Under the pieces are notes generated by a model that saw only the letters and a list, made by a program, of their open reading frames with translations, did no database searches and had not been told where the DNA came from. This document shows, piece after piece, positions 8,680 through 18,715 of a DNA stretch of 64,000 nt (its first letter is position 1; each line of letters opens with the position of its first letter). Where the stretch lies: the NCBI GenBank assembly GCA_049517435.1, contig JBEKRZ010000002.1, forward strand, positions 77,659 through 141,658. The letters run 5' to 3'. Both the position numbers and the translations under genes were made by a program. The stretch is from Smithella sp. (GTDB lineage: Bacteria; Desulfobacterota; Syntrophia; Syntrophales; Smithellaceae).

Positions 8680-8800
8680 ATACCGTTCCGATTTCAAAGG
8701 ATAACGAGGCGACAAGGAGGAGGCGCAGGCGTATATGAAAATACGTTGAGGACGCTGACGACGAAGTCAACAAAGTTAACCGAGGAAAGCGAAATGGTAT
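8680..8800 (+). repeat. ~120-nt intergenic element with terminal inverted repeats, copy 2 (MITE-like)
   Basis: The sequence is ataccgttccgatttcaaaggataacgaggcgacaaggaggaggcgcaggcgtatatgaaaatacgttgaggacgctgacgacgaagtcaacaaagttaaccgaggaaagcgaaatggtat. It is homologous to the minus strand of 4969-5092 and ends 5 nt from the purF stop codon. Confidence 0.7.
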
Positions 8801-8805
8801 GAAAG

Positions 8806-10233
8806 TTATTTCAGTTCCATACAAAACTTATCAATCTTCTCCGGCGGAGCTATGGGATAGTTGCCATTAAAGCAGGCCAGGCAAAAACAATCTTTGGTCA
8901 ATCCGGTTGCCTTGATCATGCCTTCTACTGTCAGGTAGTGTAAAGAATCCAAACCGATGAATTCGGCAATAGCTTTTTCGTTTTCTTTTTTTGCGGCGAT
9001 CAGTTCTCCCTTGGACGAAAAGTCAATGCCATAGGGACAGGGATAAATTGTCGGCGGACAACTGATGACCATATGAATTTCTTTCATTCCGATGCCGCGC
9101 AGATTTTGCACACGATTACGGCTGGTGGTGCCCCGGATAATTGAATCTTCCACAATCATCACTTTCTTGCCGGCTAATAACTCCCTCACCGGATTTAATT
9201 TTACTCTTACACCAAAATCGCGCATCAGCTGGGTCGGTTGGATAAAGGTTCTGCCGATGTAGTGATTACGAATCATGCCCATCTCAAAAGTAATGCCGCT
9301 TTCTTCCGCGTAACCCAGAGCGGCGTAAACGCCGGAGTCGGGAAAAGGCATGACGATGTCCACATCCGGACAGTATTCACGCGCCAGTTCATGACCCAGT
9401 CTTTTTCGGTACATATAGACATTCTGGCCGAAAATCTGGCTGTCGGGACGGGCAAAATAAATCAGCTCAAAAATGCAGTGACAATGTTTGATGGGCGGAA
9501 AAGGTTTGAGGCTCTTATAGCCTTTCGAATCGATGATGATGATTTCACCGGGTTCGACATCGCGAATATACGTAGCTCCAACCAGATCAAAGGCGCAGGT
9601 CTCGGAGGCGACAACCCAACTGCCGTTTAGTTTTCCCAGCGCGAGCGGTCTAAACCCTCGCGGATCACGGGCGGCAATAATTTTATCCCTGGTCAGCATG
9701 ATGAAGCTGTAAGCGCCTTCCACGCGGGAGAGGGCGGCAGTCAATGCCTTTTCCAAACCGTTTTTCAAATGCGGCGCCATGAGATGAATGATGACTTCGC
9801 TGTCCATCGTCGATTGAAAAATCGAACCGCTGCTTTCCAGTTCTTCACGCAATTTCTGCGCATTGATAATATTTCCGTTATGTCCCAGGGCATAATACTC
9901 TTCGCCAAAATGAACCAAAAAGGGCTGGGCATTGGAAAGAGTGGAAGAACCTGTTGTGGAATAACGGACATGCCCGATAGCCAATTTACCGGGGAGTTTT
10001 TGCAGAATTGCTTCTTTGAATACCTCGGAAACCAGCCCCATTCCCTTGTGCTCCGAAACGTTACAACCGTCGGAGCTGACAATGCCGGCGGATTCTTGAC
10101 CGCGATGCTGTAAGGCAAAAAGGCCGAAAAAGGTTATTCTGGCCGCGTCTTCGTGGCCGTATATGGCAAAAATGCCGCATTCTTCACGCGGATAGCCGGA
10201 TTCATCTGATTTTTCTTCGAATAAAGATGACAT
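8806..10233 (-). CDS. purF: amidophosphoribosyltransferase
   Basis: The 475-aa product has the N-terminal nucleophile context ECGIFAIYGH, the motifs HVRYSTTG and NGNIINA, the PRTase motif VMIVEDSIIRGTT, and a C-terminal Cys cluster. Confidence 0.95.
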   Translation of the reverse strand: MSSLFEEKSDESGYPREECGIFAIYGHEDAARITFFGLFALQHRGQESAGIVSSDGCNVSEHKGMGLVSEVFKEAILQKLPGKLAIGHVRYSTTGSSTLSNAQPFLVHFGEEYYALGHNGNIINAQKLREELESSGSIFQSTMDSEVIIHLMAPHLKNGLEKALTAALSRVEGAYSFIMLTRDKIIAARDPRGFRPLALGKLNGSWVVASETCAFDLVGATYIRDVEPGEIIIIDSKGYKSLKPFPPIKHCHCIFELIYFARPDSQIFGQNVYMYRKRLGHELAREYCPDVDIVMPFPDSGVYAALGYAEESGITFEMGMIRNHYIGRTFIQPTQLMRDFGVRVKLNPVRELLAGKKVMIVEDSIIRGTTSRNRVQNLRGIGMKEIHMVISCPPTIYPCPYGIDFSSKGELIAAKKENEKAIAEFIGLDSLHYLTVEGMIKATGLTKDCFCLACFNGNYPIAPPEKIDKFCMELK

Positions 10234-10250
10234 ATATTTTCGCTTTCTGG

Positions 10251-10335
10251 CCCCGATAAACGGGATAAGCCCCGCCCATGCGGGATAAGTGCGTTAACGA
10301 ATTTGCTTTCTACCAGAAAGCAAATTCTAACTTAC
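10251..10335. repeat. composite intergenic hairpin repeat, copy B
   Basis: It is about 90% identical to 2017-2100 and abuts the carB stop codon. It contains the gaatttgctttc/gaaagcaaattc stem and the cccgc-ccat-gcggg hairpin. Confidence 0.75.
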
Positions 10336-13300
10336 TAAATATTTTGATATTCCTGCAATGAACAAACCTGCCAACTCTCATTTCTTATTGCTGATACCGC
10401 TTCGCACAGGGCGCGCGCGCCCGCAATGGTCGTGGTGTAAAGAATGTTATAAATAAGTGCGCCCCTCCTGATATGATAAGCATCCCGCGAAGATTTATGC
10501 CCCAGACTGGTATTAATTACCATCTGGATATCGCCGTTTTTAATGTAATCTACAATATGCGGCCGTCCTTCACTGACTTTAAAAACCAAGCCTGCTTCAA
10601 TGCCGTGATCTTTTAAGTATTTGGCCGTGCCTTTCGTAGCCACTATCTTAAAACCCATGTTCTGAAAAGATTCCGCTACCGGTACAATCTTATCCTTATG
10701 ATAATCATTAACGCTGATAAAGATAGTGCCTTTTGTAGGCATTTTAAATCCGGCCGCCATTTGCGATTTGGCAAAAGCCAGACCGAAAGAGTGGTCAATT
10801 CCCATAACTTCGCCGGTGGATTTCATTTCCGGCCCCAGTAAAATATCCACATCAGGAAAACGGTTAAAGGGGAAAACAGCTTCTTTGACAGAGACATATT
10901 CAGGTTGCGGCGCGACGGTAAATCCCAACTCTTTTAAAGATTTGCCCAGCATAACTTTAGTGGCAAGCTTGGCCAGCGGCACGCCGATCGCTTTGCTGAC
11001 AAAAGGAATGGTGCGCGACGCTCGGGGATTGACTTCCAGCACATATAATTTGCCGTCTTTAATAGCATACTGAATATTCATGAGGCCAACAACATTTAAT
11101 TCCTTCGCCAGCATTTTTGTCTGCTTTTTAATCAGCTCCAAAAGAGGAACGGAAATGGTCATGGGTGGCAAAATACAGGCGCTGTCCCCCGAATGGATTC
11201 CCGCTTCTTCGATATGCTCCATGATGCCGGCCACAACTGTCATCTTTCCGTCGCTGATCGCGTCCACATCTATTTCTATGGCATCCTCTAAAAATTTATC
11301 AATTAGAATGGGGTGCTCGGGGGAAACAAGTAACGCTCTTTCCATGAAGGAGCTCAATGTTTCCGGATCATATACTATTTCCATGGAACGGCCGCCCAGA
11401 ACATATGATGGTCTCACCAGTACAGGATAGCCGATGCGCTCGGCGGCCTGCAGAGCTTTTTCCACATCTCTGGCCGTATCATTGTCGGGCTGATTCAGGT
11501 TCAATTTGCGGACAATTTCCTGAAAACGGTCTCGATCCTCCGCGAGATCAATAGAATCGGGAGATGTTCCCATTATTTTTATTCCGGCTGCCTCCAGTCC
11601 TCTGGCTAAGTTAAGAGGCGTCTGGCCGCCAAATTGAGCGATCACCCCCTCCGGTTTTTCCGTCTGCAGAATGTGCAAAACATCTTCCAGCGTTACCGGT
11701 TCAAAAAAAAGTTTGTCGGACGTGTCGTAATCGGTGCTGACCGTTTCGGGATTGGAATTGATCATAATGCTCTCTACGCCCTCTTCCCGCAAGGCAAACG
11801 AAGCATGGACGCAGCAGTAATCAAATTCAATTCCCTGACCGATGCGATTGGGGCCGCCGCCGATGATTGCCACTTTCCTCTTCGCGGATGGCCGGGTTTC
11901 GTTTTCCGTTTCATAAGTGGAATAGTAATAAGGCGTATAGGCTTCAAATTCCGCCGCGCAGGTATCGACAAGTTTATATACCGGGATAATTTTTTCCCGC
12001 TCGCGCCACTGACGAATTTCCAACTCCGTCATTTTCCAAAAAGACGCCAGTGCCCTGTCGGCAAATCCCATTTTCTTTGCTTCTCGCAGCAACTCCACGG
12101 ATGGCACAGAATTTTTCAATTCATCTTCGGCATCCACAATTTCTTGGACCTGATGCAAAAACCAGGGATCGATTTTTGTTAATTCGTAGAGTTCATCAAT
12201 TGTCATCCCGTTTTGCATGGCCGAGGCAATATAAAAAAGCCGTAGCGAATTGGGTTTGATCAGCTTGCCTTTAAGAAATTCTTTTTTATCTTTTAAATCT
12301 TCCGGCAGAACTTGGCTAAGGCTGAAACGCCCTATTTCCAGGGAACGAATTGCTTTTTGCAGGGATTCTTTGAACGTGCGGCCGATGGCCATAGTCTCGC
12401 CGACGGATTTCATAGAGGTAGTTAAAAAATCATCGGCTTGAGGAAATTTTTCAAATGTCCAGCGGGGAATTTTTACGACACAGTAATCTATCGTCGGCTC
12501 AAAGGAAGCCATTGTCTCGCGGGTAATGTCGTTGGGGATTTCATCCAGCGTGTAGCCGACAGCAAGTTTCGCTGCTATTTTGGCAATAGGAAAACCTGTG
12601 GCTTTCGAGGCCAGCGCAGATGAACGCGAAACACGGGGATTCATTTCGACAACAATCATTTCACCCGTTTGGGGATGGATGGCAAACTGAACGTTGGAAC
12701 CGCCGGTCTCCACGCCAATTTCCCGCATGATGGCGATGGCGGCGTCTCGCATGATTTGATATTCTTTGTCAGTCAGAGTTTGCGCTGGAGCGACGGTGAT
12801 AGATTCACCAGTATGCACCCCCATTGCGTCGAAATTTTCGATGGAACAAATGATGACAACGTTATCAGCTTTGTCGCGCATCACTTCCAGCTCATATTCC
12901 TTCCATCCCAGAACCGATTCTTCGATCATGATTTCTGAAATCATGCTGGCATCCAGGCCACCTTTGGCGATTTCCATCAGTTCTTCGCGGTTGTATGCCA
13001 CGCCGCTGCCAGTTCCACCGAGGGTAAAGGAAGGCCGGATAATAAGGGGGAATCCGGTTTCATCGGCAATTTTAAGAACATCACTCATGGAGCGGGCAAA
13101 GCCGCTCTTGGGTACGCGCAAACCGATGTTTTCCATCGCGTGACGGAATTTTTCCCGGTCCTCCGCTTTATGGATAACTTCCAGCGACGCTCCGATCATT
13201 TCCACTTTGTATTTTTTCAGCACGCCGCTTTCGGCCAAAGCAACGGCTGTGTTCAATCCTGTTTGGCCGCCTAAAGTGGGAAGCAGCGCGTCCGGCCGCT

Positions 13301-13541
13301 CGCGGGCAATAATTTTTTCCACCGCTTCCGGGGTAATGGGTTCGATGTAGGTTCTGTCGGCCATTTCCGGATCGGTCATAATTGTGGCCGGATTGCTGTT
13401 TATTAAAACTACTTCATACCCTTCTTCCCGCAAGGCTTTGCAGGCCTGAGTTCCCGAATAATCGAATTCACAGGCCTGACTGATAATGATAGGACCGGAC
13501 CCGATAAGCAATATTTTTTTTATGTCTGTTCGTTTTGGCAC
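10335..13541 (-). CDS. carB: carbamoyl-phosphate synthase large subunit
   Basis: The 1068-aa product has duplicated ATP-grasp halves, an MGS-like C-terminal domain and the canonical N-terminus [33 protein letters not shown]. Confidence 0.97.
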   Translation of the reverse strand: MPKRTDIKKILLIGSGPIIISQACEFDYSGTQACKALREEGYEVVLINSNPATIMTDPEMADRTYIEPITPEAVEKIIARERPDALLPTLGGQTGLNTAVALAESGVLKKYKVEMIGASLEVIHKAEDREKFRHAMENIGLRVPKSGFARSMSDVLKIADETGFPLIIRPSFTLGGTGSGVAYNREELMEIAKGGLDASMISEIMIEESVLGWKEYELEVMRDKADNVVIICSIENFDAMGVHTGESITVAPAQTLTDKEYQIMRDAAIAIMREIGVETGGSNVQFAIHPQTGEMIVVEMNPRVSRSSALASKATGFPIAKIAAKLAVGYTLDEIPNDITRETMASFEPTIDYCVVKIPRWTFEKFPQADDFLTTSMKSVGETMAIGRTFKESLQKAIRSLEIGRFSLSQVLPEDLKDKKEFLKGKLIKPNSLRLFYIASAMQNGMTIDELYELTKIDPWFLHQVQEIVDAEDELKNSVPSVELLREAKKMGFADRALASFWKMTELEIRQWREREKIIPVYKLVDTCAAEFEAYTPYYYSTYETENETRPSAKRKVAIIGGGPNRIGQGIEFDYCCVHASFALREEGVESIMINSNPETVSTDYDTSDKLFFEPVTLEDVLHILQTEKPEGVIAQFGGQTPLNLARGLEAAGIKIMGTSPDSIDLAEDRDRFQEIVRKLNLNQPDNDTARDVEKALQAAERIGYPVLVRPSYVLGGRSMEIVYDPETLSSFMERALLVSPEHPILIDKFLEDAIEIDVDAISDGKMTVVAGIMEHIEEAGIHSGDSACILPPMTISVPLLELIKKQTKMLAKELNVVGLMNIQYAIKDGKLYVLEVNPRASRTIPFVSKAIGVPLAKLATKVMLGKSLKELGFTVAPQPEYVSVKEAVFPFNRFPDVDILLGPEMKSTGEVMGIDHSFGLAFAKSQMAAGFKMPTKGTIFISVNDYHKDKIVPVAESFQNMGFKIVATKGTAKYLKDHGIEAGLVFKVSEGRPHIVDYIKNGDIQMVINTSLGHKSSRDAYHIRRGALIYNILYTTTIAGARALCEAVSAIRNESWQVCSLQEYQNI

Positions 13542-13564
13542 TAAATATTCTCTTCAGATTAATT

Positions 13565-15094
13565 TTATTCCCACTCGATCGTGCTGGGCGGTTTGGAACT
13601 TATATCGTAAACAACGCGGTTGATTCCGCGCACTTCATTAATGATACGGTTGGATATCCGCGCCAGAATGTCATGAGGCAGCGGCGCCCAGTCGGCGGTC
13701 ATGGCGTCGTCGCTGGTGACAGCCCGAATGGCCAGAATGTTTTCATAAGTGCGCTGATCGCCCATAATGCCGACGCTCTTTAGAGGCAGGAGCACAGTGA
13801 AAGATTGCCACAGTTTATAGTAAAGGTTTTTTGCGCGTATTTCTTCTATTAAAATGGTATCAGCTTTCCGCAACACGGACAATCTCTGCGCGGTCACTTC
13901 GCCGATAATACGAATGGCCAGACCGGGCCCGGGAAAAGGCTGCCGCCAGACCACGTCATCGGCCAATCCCAGTTCTTTTCCCAGTAGCCTCACTTCATCC
14001 TTAAATAAGTGTTTGAGCGGCTCGACCAGTTTCAGATTCATTTTCTTCGGCAGGCCGCCGACATTATGATGCGATTTGATCACCGCGCTGGGGCCGCCAA
14101 AGGCCGAGCGCGACTCGATCAGATCGGGATACAAAGTGCCCTGCGCTAAAAACTTTACGTTTTTAATTTTACGGGCTTCTTTATCAAAAATCTCGATAAA
14201 AGTGCGGCCAATGATTTTACGTTTCTTTTCAGGATCGGTCACATCTTTTAATTTCTTCAGAAAAAGCTTTCCTGACTGGGCAAACCGCAAATTAATTTGT
14301 AAATTTTTTTTAAACATTTCAATAACGCGTGGGGCCTCACCTTCTCGCAATACACCGTTATTGACAAAGACACAGGTTAATTGCTTGCCGATAGCCCTGT
14401 GCAGCAAAACGGCAGCGACAGAAGAATCAACACCGCCGGAAAGACCCAGGATTACTCTTTCGGAACCAACCTGCTGGCGGATTTCTTCGACGGCATGATT
14501 GACAAAAGATTTCATTGACCAGGATTTTTTGCATCGGCAAATATTAAAGAGGAAGTTAGCCAGCATCTTTTTGCCGGATTGTGTATGGACAACTTCCGGA
14601 TGAAATTGCAGACCGTAAAAATTGCGTTGGACATCTTCGGTTGCCGCAACCGTCGTATTGGCGGTGGATGCAGTAATTACAAATCCGGCAGGCAGAGAGC
14701 CTATGGAATCACCGTGACTCATCCAGCACTGCGTTTTTTTATTCACGCCGTTAAAAATACCTTTTTGCTTTTTGACTAGCAACTCGGCAAAGCCGTATTC
14801 GCGCTTGGTCGAACCGATCACTTTCCCGCCCAGAGAATCCACCATGTATTGCAGGCCGTAACAGATGCCCAGAATCGGGATACCCAGATCGAAGATCTTT
14901 TTATCAACGCGGGGCGCGCCTTTGCTATAAATGCTTGCCGGGCCACCCGATAAAATTATTCCTTCGGGTTTAAGAGCTTTGATGGCGGCAATGGAAATGT
15001 CAGGTGGTTCAATCTGGCAGTAAACATGATTTTCTCGTACACGCCGGGCGATCAACTGATTATACTGCGAGCCGAAATCAATGATGAGAATCAC
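13565..15094 (-). CDS. guaA: GMP synthase (glutamine-hydrolysing)
   Basis: The 509-aa product has a GATase1 domain (GICYGLQ, HPE), the ATP-PPase motif SGGVDSSV and the C-terminal end ...PPSTIEWE. Its GTG start overlaps the carA TGA stop (GTGA). Confidence 0.97.
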   Translation of the reverse strand: MILIIDFGSQYNQLIARRVRENHVYCQIEPPDISIAAIKALKPEGIILSGGPASIYSKGAPRVDKKIFDLGIPILGICYGLQYMVDSLGGKVIGSTKREYGFAELLVKKQKGIFNGVNKKTQCWMSHGDSIGSLPAGFVITASTANTTVAATEDVQRNFYGLQFHPEVVHTQSGKKMLANFLFNICRCKKSWSMKSFVNHAVEEIRQQVGSERVILGLSGGVDSSVAAVLLHRAIGKQLTCVFVNNGVLREGEAPRVIEMFKKNLQINLRFAQSGKLFLKKLKDVTDPEKKRKIIGRTFIEIFDKEARKIKNVKFLAQGTLYPDLIESRSAFGGPSAVIKSHHNVGGLPKKMNLKLVEPLKHLFKDEVRLLGKELGLADDVVWRQPFPGPGLAIRIIGEVTAQRLSVLRKADTILIEEIRAKNLYYKLWQSFTVLLPLKSVGIMGDQRTYENILAIRAVTSDDAMTADWAPLPHDILARISNRIINEVRGINRVVYDISSKPPSTIEWE

Positions 15095-16233
15095 TTTGTT
15101 TTACCCTTTTCCTTTTTCATTATTTCGACAAACTGCAAAAATAAATATTCCGTATCGTGTGGCCCGGGGGCTGCTTCCGGATGATACTGCACGCTAAACG
15201 CTTGCGGCATCCGCATTCCTTCGGATGTGTTATCATTCAAATTATGATAGGTTTTTTTCGCTTTCTTATCCAATGATTCCGGAACAACAACAAAACCATG
15301 ATTTTGCGAAGTGATTTCAACTCTGCCTGTATCAACATTTTTAACCGGTTGATTAATGCCGTGATGGCCGAATTTTAACTTTTCCGTATGACCGCCGATT
15401 GCCTGACCGATAATCTGATGTCCGAGACAAATGCCAAAGACCGGTATCTTACCGATGATTGTTCGCGTAGTATCTACTATGTAAGGAAGAGCCGCCGGAT
15501 CACCGGGGCCATTGGAAAGCAAGACACCGTCCGGCTTCAGGGCAAGAATATCTTTACCGGAAGAAGATGCGGGCAGGACAAGCACTTCACAAGCGTTATT
15601 TTCCAGAAGACGCAGGATATTATATTTAACGCCGCAGTCGAGAACAACGACGCGCAATTTTTTAGCAGTTTTTCTGGAAGGAAGCTTTTCTATATGAGGC
15701 GCGCCTTCTTTCCATACATATGGCGTAGGACAGGTTACTTCGCGAACCAGGTCACGGCCAACAAGGCCGGGATACGCCTGTACTTTTACCAGTAAAGATT
15801 TTACATTTTTACTATCCGTGGAAATGATTCCCTTCATCGAACCGGAAAGTCTTAAGCGGCGGGTTAAAGCGCGGGTATCAATGCCTTCAATGCCGATTTT
15901 TCCATAATCTTCCAGAAAAGATTTCAAACTTTTCTTCATTCGCCAATTGCTCGGATTGGGCTGATATTCCTTTACAATAAAGCCTTCGAGATGAATGCCA
16001 GCCGATTCCATATCCTCGTCGTTTATTCCGTAATTGCCGACAAGAGGATAAGTCATGGTGACGATCTGGCCTTTATAGGAGGGGTCGGTAATAATTTCCT
16101 GATAGCCGGTCATACCCGTGTTGAAAACTACTTCGCCCATAGTTTCACCACTGCCAGCAAAGGCAGAACCTTCAAAAACACTGCCGTCTTCCAGGACAAG
16201 CAAAGCTCTACGTTCTTTTTTCAACAACGACAC
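15091..16233 (-). CDS. carA: carbamoyl-phosphate synthase small subunit
   Basis: The 380-aa product has the CPSase small-chain N-domain and a GATase1 domain (GICLGHQ, QYHPEA). Confidence 0.95.
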   Translation of the reverse strand: MSLLKKERRALLVLEDGSVFEGSAFAGSGETMGEVVFNTGMTGYQEIITDPSYKGQIVTMTYPLVGNYGINDEDMESAGIHLEGFIVKEYQPNPSNWRMKKSLKSFLEDYGKIGIEGIDTRALTRRLRLSGSMKGIISTDSKNVKSLLVKVQAYPGLVGRDLVREVTCPTPYVWKEGAPHIEKLPSRKTAKKLRVVVLDCGVKYNILRLLENNACEVLVLPASSSGKDILALKPDGVLLSNGPGDPAALPYIVDTTRTIIGKIPVFGICLGHQIIGQAIGGHTEKLKFGHHGINQPVKNVDTGRVEITSQNHGFVVVPESLDKKAKKTYHNLNDNTSEGMRMPQAFSVQYHPEAAPGPHDTEYLFLQFVEIMKKEKGKTK

Positions 16234-16350
16234 AGGAATTCATCCCCCGGCAGAACTAACATCTTGAAGCTTTTTCAGGTAAAAACCGAGCCTCACAGGT
16301 GGGAAGTGTCTATCTTTTTTTTGCGGTCTCGTCAATAAATAAAAGATCAA

Positions 16351-16372
16351 GGGAACGGCTTTGGCCGTTCCC
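16351..16372 (-). terminator. rho-independent terminator candidate
   Basis: A perfect 9-bp stem GGGAACGGC/GCCGTTCCC with a 4-nt loop is followed on the minus strand by TTGATCTTTTATTTATT. It lies just downstream of the glnN-like remnant. Confidence 0.6.
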
Positions 16373-16396
16373 TTCAGAATATTGTTACTAGTATTA

Positions 16397-16558
16397 TTAG
16401 CTTATAAACAACATTTCCCAGAACTTGGGCAATGGCCATAATTCGTCATCGACCAGATTTTCCAGCTCGTCAGCATATTCACGAAGTTCATCCATTTTGG
16501 GTTTGACTTTGCTGCAGAAAGCATCCGCTTTTATCGATTCATACCAGATTAAAGACGC
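16397..16558 (-). pseudogene. probable relic of the 3' end of a type III glutamine synthetase gene (glnN-like)
   Basis: The minus-strand frame, opening right after TAA TAG, reads ASLIWYESIKADAFCSKVKPKMDELREYADELENLVDDELWPLPKFWEMLFIS*. From memory, the ...DDELWPLPK(Y/F)xEMLF ending resembles the extreme C-terminus of GS type III. Only about 53 codons remain. Confidence 0.4.
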
Positions 16559-16592
16559 CTATTAATTTTGAAAATAATTTTTCATTTGACAC

Positions 16593-16622
16593 GCAAGCCA
16601 CCGGCTTTAGCCGATGGCTTGC
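16593..16622 (-). terminator. hairpin downstream of glnA (terminator candidate)
   Basis: The stem is GCAAGCCAYCGGC-(taaa)-GCCGRTGGCTTGC, about 13 bp including wobble pairs, 14 nt after the glnA stop. The T tract is not immediately adjacent. Confidence 0.45.
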
Positions 16623-16635
16623 GAAGGTTACTCTA

Positions 16636-18060
16636 TTAGATATCGTAATAAAGCATGAATTCATAAGGGTGCGGCCGTAAGTCCATCGCCTCAACCTCAT
16701 TCACCATCTTATAATCAATCCATGTATCAATGACATCTTGGGTGAATACATCTCCCTTAAGCAGGAATGCATGATCCTTTTTCAGGGCATTAAGAGCTTC
16801 ACGCAGAGAACCGGGCGTCTTCAATACTTTTTTTGCATCTTCCGGTGGAAGATCATAGATGTTCTTATCTAAAGGTTTACCTGGATCGATCTTATTCTGG
16901 ATGCCGTCCACCGCTGCCATCATAATCGCTGAAAATGCCAGGTAAGGATTACATGCCGGATCAGGACAGCGGAATTCCAGGCGTTTTGACTTAGGTGACG
17001 TGCTGTACATGGGTATACGCACTGCCGCGCTACGATTGCGCTTTGAATATGCCAAGTTGACCGGGGCTTCATAACCTGGTACCAAGCGTTTATAACTGTT
17101 GGTTGTCGGACTTGTCAACGCCAACAACGCGGGAGCATGTTTAAGGATTCCTCCGATAGCATACATGGCCATCTGAGAAAGCCCGGCATATCCGTCGCCG
17201 GCAAATAAATTTTTGTCTTTCTTCCATAAAGATATATGGACATGCATACCGCTACCATTATCGCCGAATAGCGGTTTAGGCATAAATGTCAATGTTTTAT
17301 TAAACTTTTTGGCAGTGTTCTTGAGTATATATTTATATTTCAGAAGATTATCCGCCATTTCTACCAGGGGTGAAAACTTCATATCAATCTCTGCCTGTCC
17401 GGCGGTAGCTACTTCATGATGCTGAGCCTCAACTTCAATTCCAATGCTTTCAAGTGTTAAAGCCATTTCACTGCGCAAGTCCATCTGGCTGTCGGTAGGC
17501 GGTACAGGAAAATACCCTTCTTTATGGCGAACTTTATAGCCCAGATTTGGATTTTCAACCCTACCACTATTCCAGATGCCTTCCACGCTGTCAATATGAT
17601 AATAGCCTTCATTAGTTTTCTGATCATAACGTATATCATCGAAGATAAAGAATTCTGCCTCTGGCCCAAAATATGCCGTATCGGCCAAGCCAAGCTTCTT
17701 AAGATAATTTTCTGCTTTTCTCGCTATGTTGCGGGGGTCTCTGGTGTAATCGGCACCGGTAATAGGATCCTGAATGTTGCATATCATAACCAAGGTCTTA
17801 ACGGCAGTAAAGGGGTCAATAAATGCAGTGGAAGGCACCGGCATTATAAGCATATCAGACTCATTAATTGCCTGCCAGCCGCGAATTGATGAACCGTCAA
17901 ATCCCAATCCTTCGGTAAACACATTTTCATCAATCTGACTTATAGGATAGCTGCAATGCTGCCAAATTCCGGGGAAATCCATGAATCGCAGATCAACTAT
18001 CCTCACCCTTTCCTTCTTAATTAATTCAAGAACATCTTTTGGTGTTTTTATTTCAGCCAT
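16636..18060 (-). CDS. glnA: glutamine synthetase type I
   Basis: The 474-aa product contains [44 protein letters not shown] and the adenylylation-loop-like [10 protein letters not shown]. Confidence 0.97.
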   Translation of the reverse strand: MAEIKTPKDVLELIKKERVRIVDLRFMDFPGIWQHCSYPISQIDENVFTEGLGFDGSSIRGWQAINESDMLIMPVPSTAFIDPFTAVKTLVMICNIQDPITGADYTRDPRNIARKAENYLKKLGLADTAYFGPEAEFFIFDDIRYDQKTNEGYYHIDSVEGIWNSGRVENPNLGYKVRHKEGYFPVPPTDSQMDLRSEMALTLESIGIEVEAQHHEVATAGQAEIDMKFSPLVEMADNLLKYKYILKNTAKKFNKTLTFMPKPLFGDNGSGMHVHISLWKKDKNLFAGDGYAGLSQMAMYAIGGILKHAPALLALTSPTTNSYKRLVPGYEAPVNLAYSKRNRSAAVRIPMYSTSPKSKRLEFRCPDPACNPYLAFSAIMMAAVDGIQNKIDPGKPLDKNIYDLPPEDAKKVLKTPGSLREALNALKKDHAFLLKGDVFTQDVIDTWIDYKMVNEVEAMDLRPHPYEFMLYYDI

Positions 18061-18189
18061 GATACTTTATCTCCTTTATGCTAAAATTTGTTATTCAATA
18101 ATTATATCTCTATAAATATTTTATGCGCTGATATGCCGGATCAAAATTCTATAACCATATCTTTTACTATAAAAAGACACCAATTTAAT

Positions 18190-18205
18190 AGCAACAGCTA
18201 TGCCA
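18190..18205 (-). promoter_or_regulatory. sigma-54 (-24/-12) promoter for glnA
   Basis: The minus strand reads TTGGCATAGCTGTTGCT, i.e. TGGCAT-N5-TTGCT with exact GG/GC spacing. It lies about 130 nt upstream of the glnA ATG. Confidence 0.7.
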
Positions 18206-18618
18206 ATTCATCAAATACTTTATTTAAGTTTTACGAGGAAGATGTTATTCATCCACATTAAAGAAAGTCAATATCTTTAAAAATATATTATCGTGAAGTA
18301 TATATTTGGTTTTGCAAGGATAATATGGACGATCAGAAAAAACATCAATAATGTAAGCGGCAATAGCGTTGAATTTGTTAATAAAAAATAGGTAGAAAAA
18401 AGCTAAAAACCACTTGATTTTGATTAATTTTTATTATAAAATTTAAAAGTTAAATATAAAAAAGAACAAATATGTATTATGAATGCAGACAAAACAACAA
18501 TATTGTAACATCATGGTTATTAATAGTTCACGGATTCTTCTTCCATGACTTAATTTTCCATAAAATAATTCACTTTGTTGTTTCATTATAAGTTACTCTT
18601 TCATTTATAATTAGTCGT

Positions 18619-18634
18619 TGGCATTTATTTTGCT
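18619..18634 (+). promoter_or_regulatory. sigma-54 (-24/-12) promoter for the glutamate-synthase-like operon
   Basis: The plus strand reads TGGCATTTATTTTGCT, i.e. TGGCAT-N5-TTGCT. It lies about 80 nt upstream of the ATG at 18716. Confidence 0.7.
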
Positions 18635-18715
18635 GTGAAAGAACGTTTGCTCTATCGATACATAGAGTCTTTATGATTTATCATTACTACGGAACTACGG
18701 AAGAGATATACAAAA

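Noticed and set aside
10726-13143. Series of 60-180-aa plus-strand ORFs inside carB. Similar ORFs lie inside guaA, carA, glnA, purF, rho and the glutamate-synthase genes.
   Set aside because: All are antisense or out-of-frame shadows of strongly conserved genes, with no independent start or RBS support.
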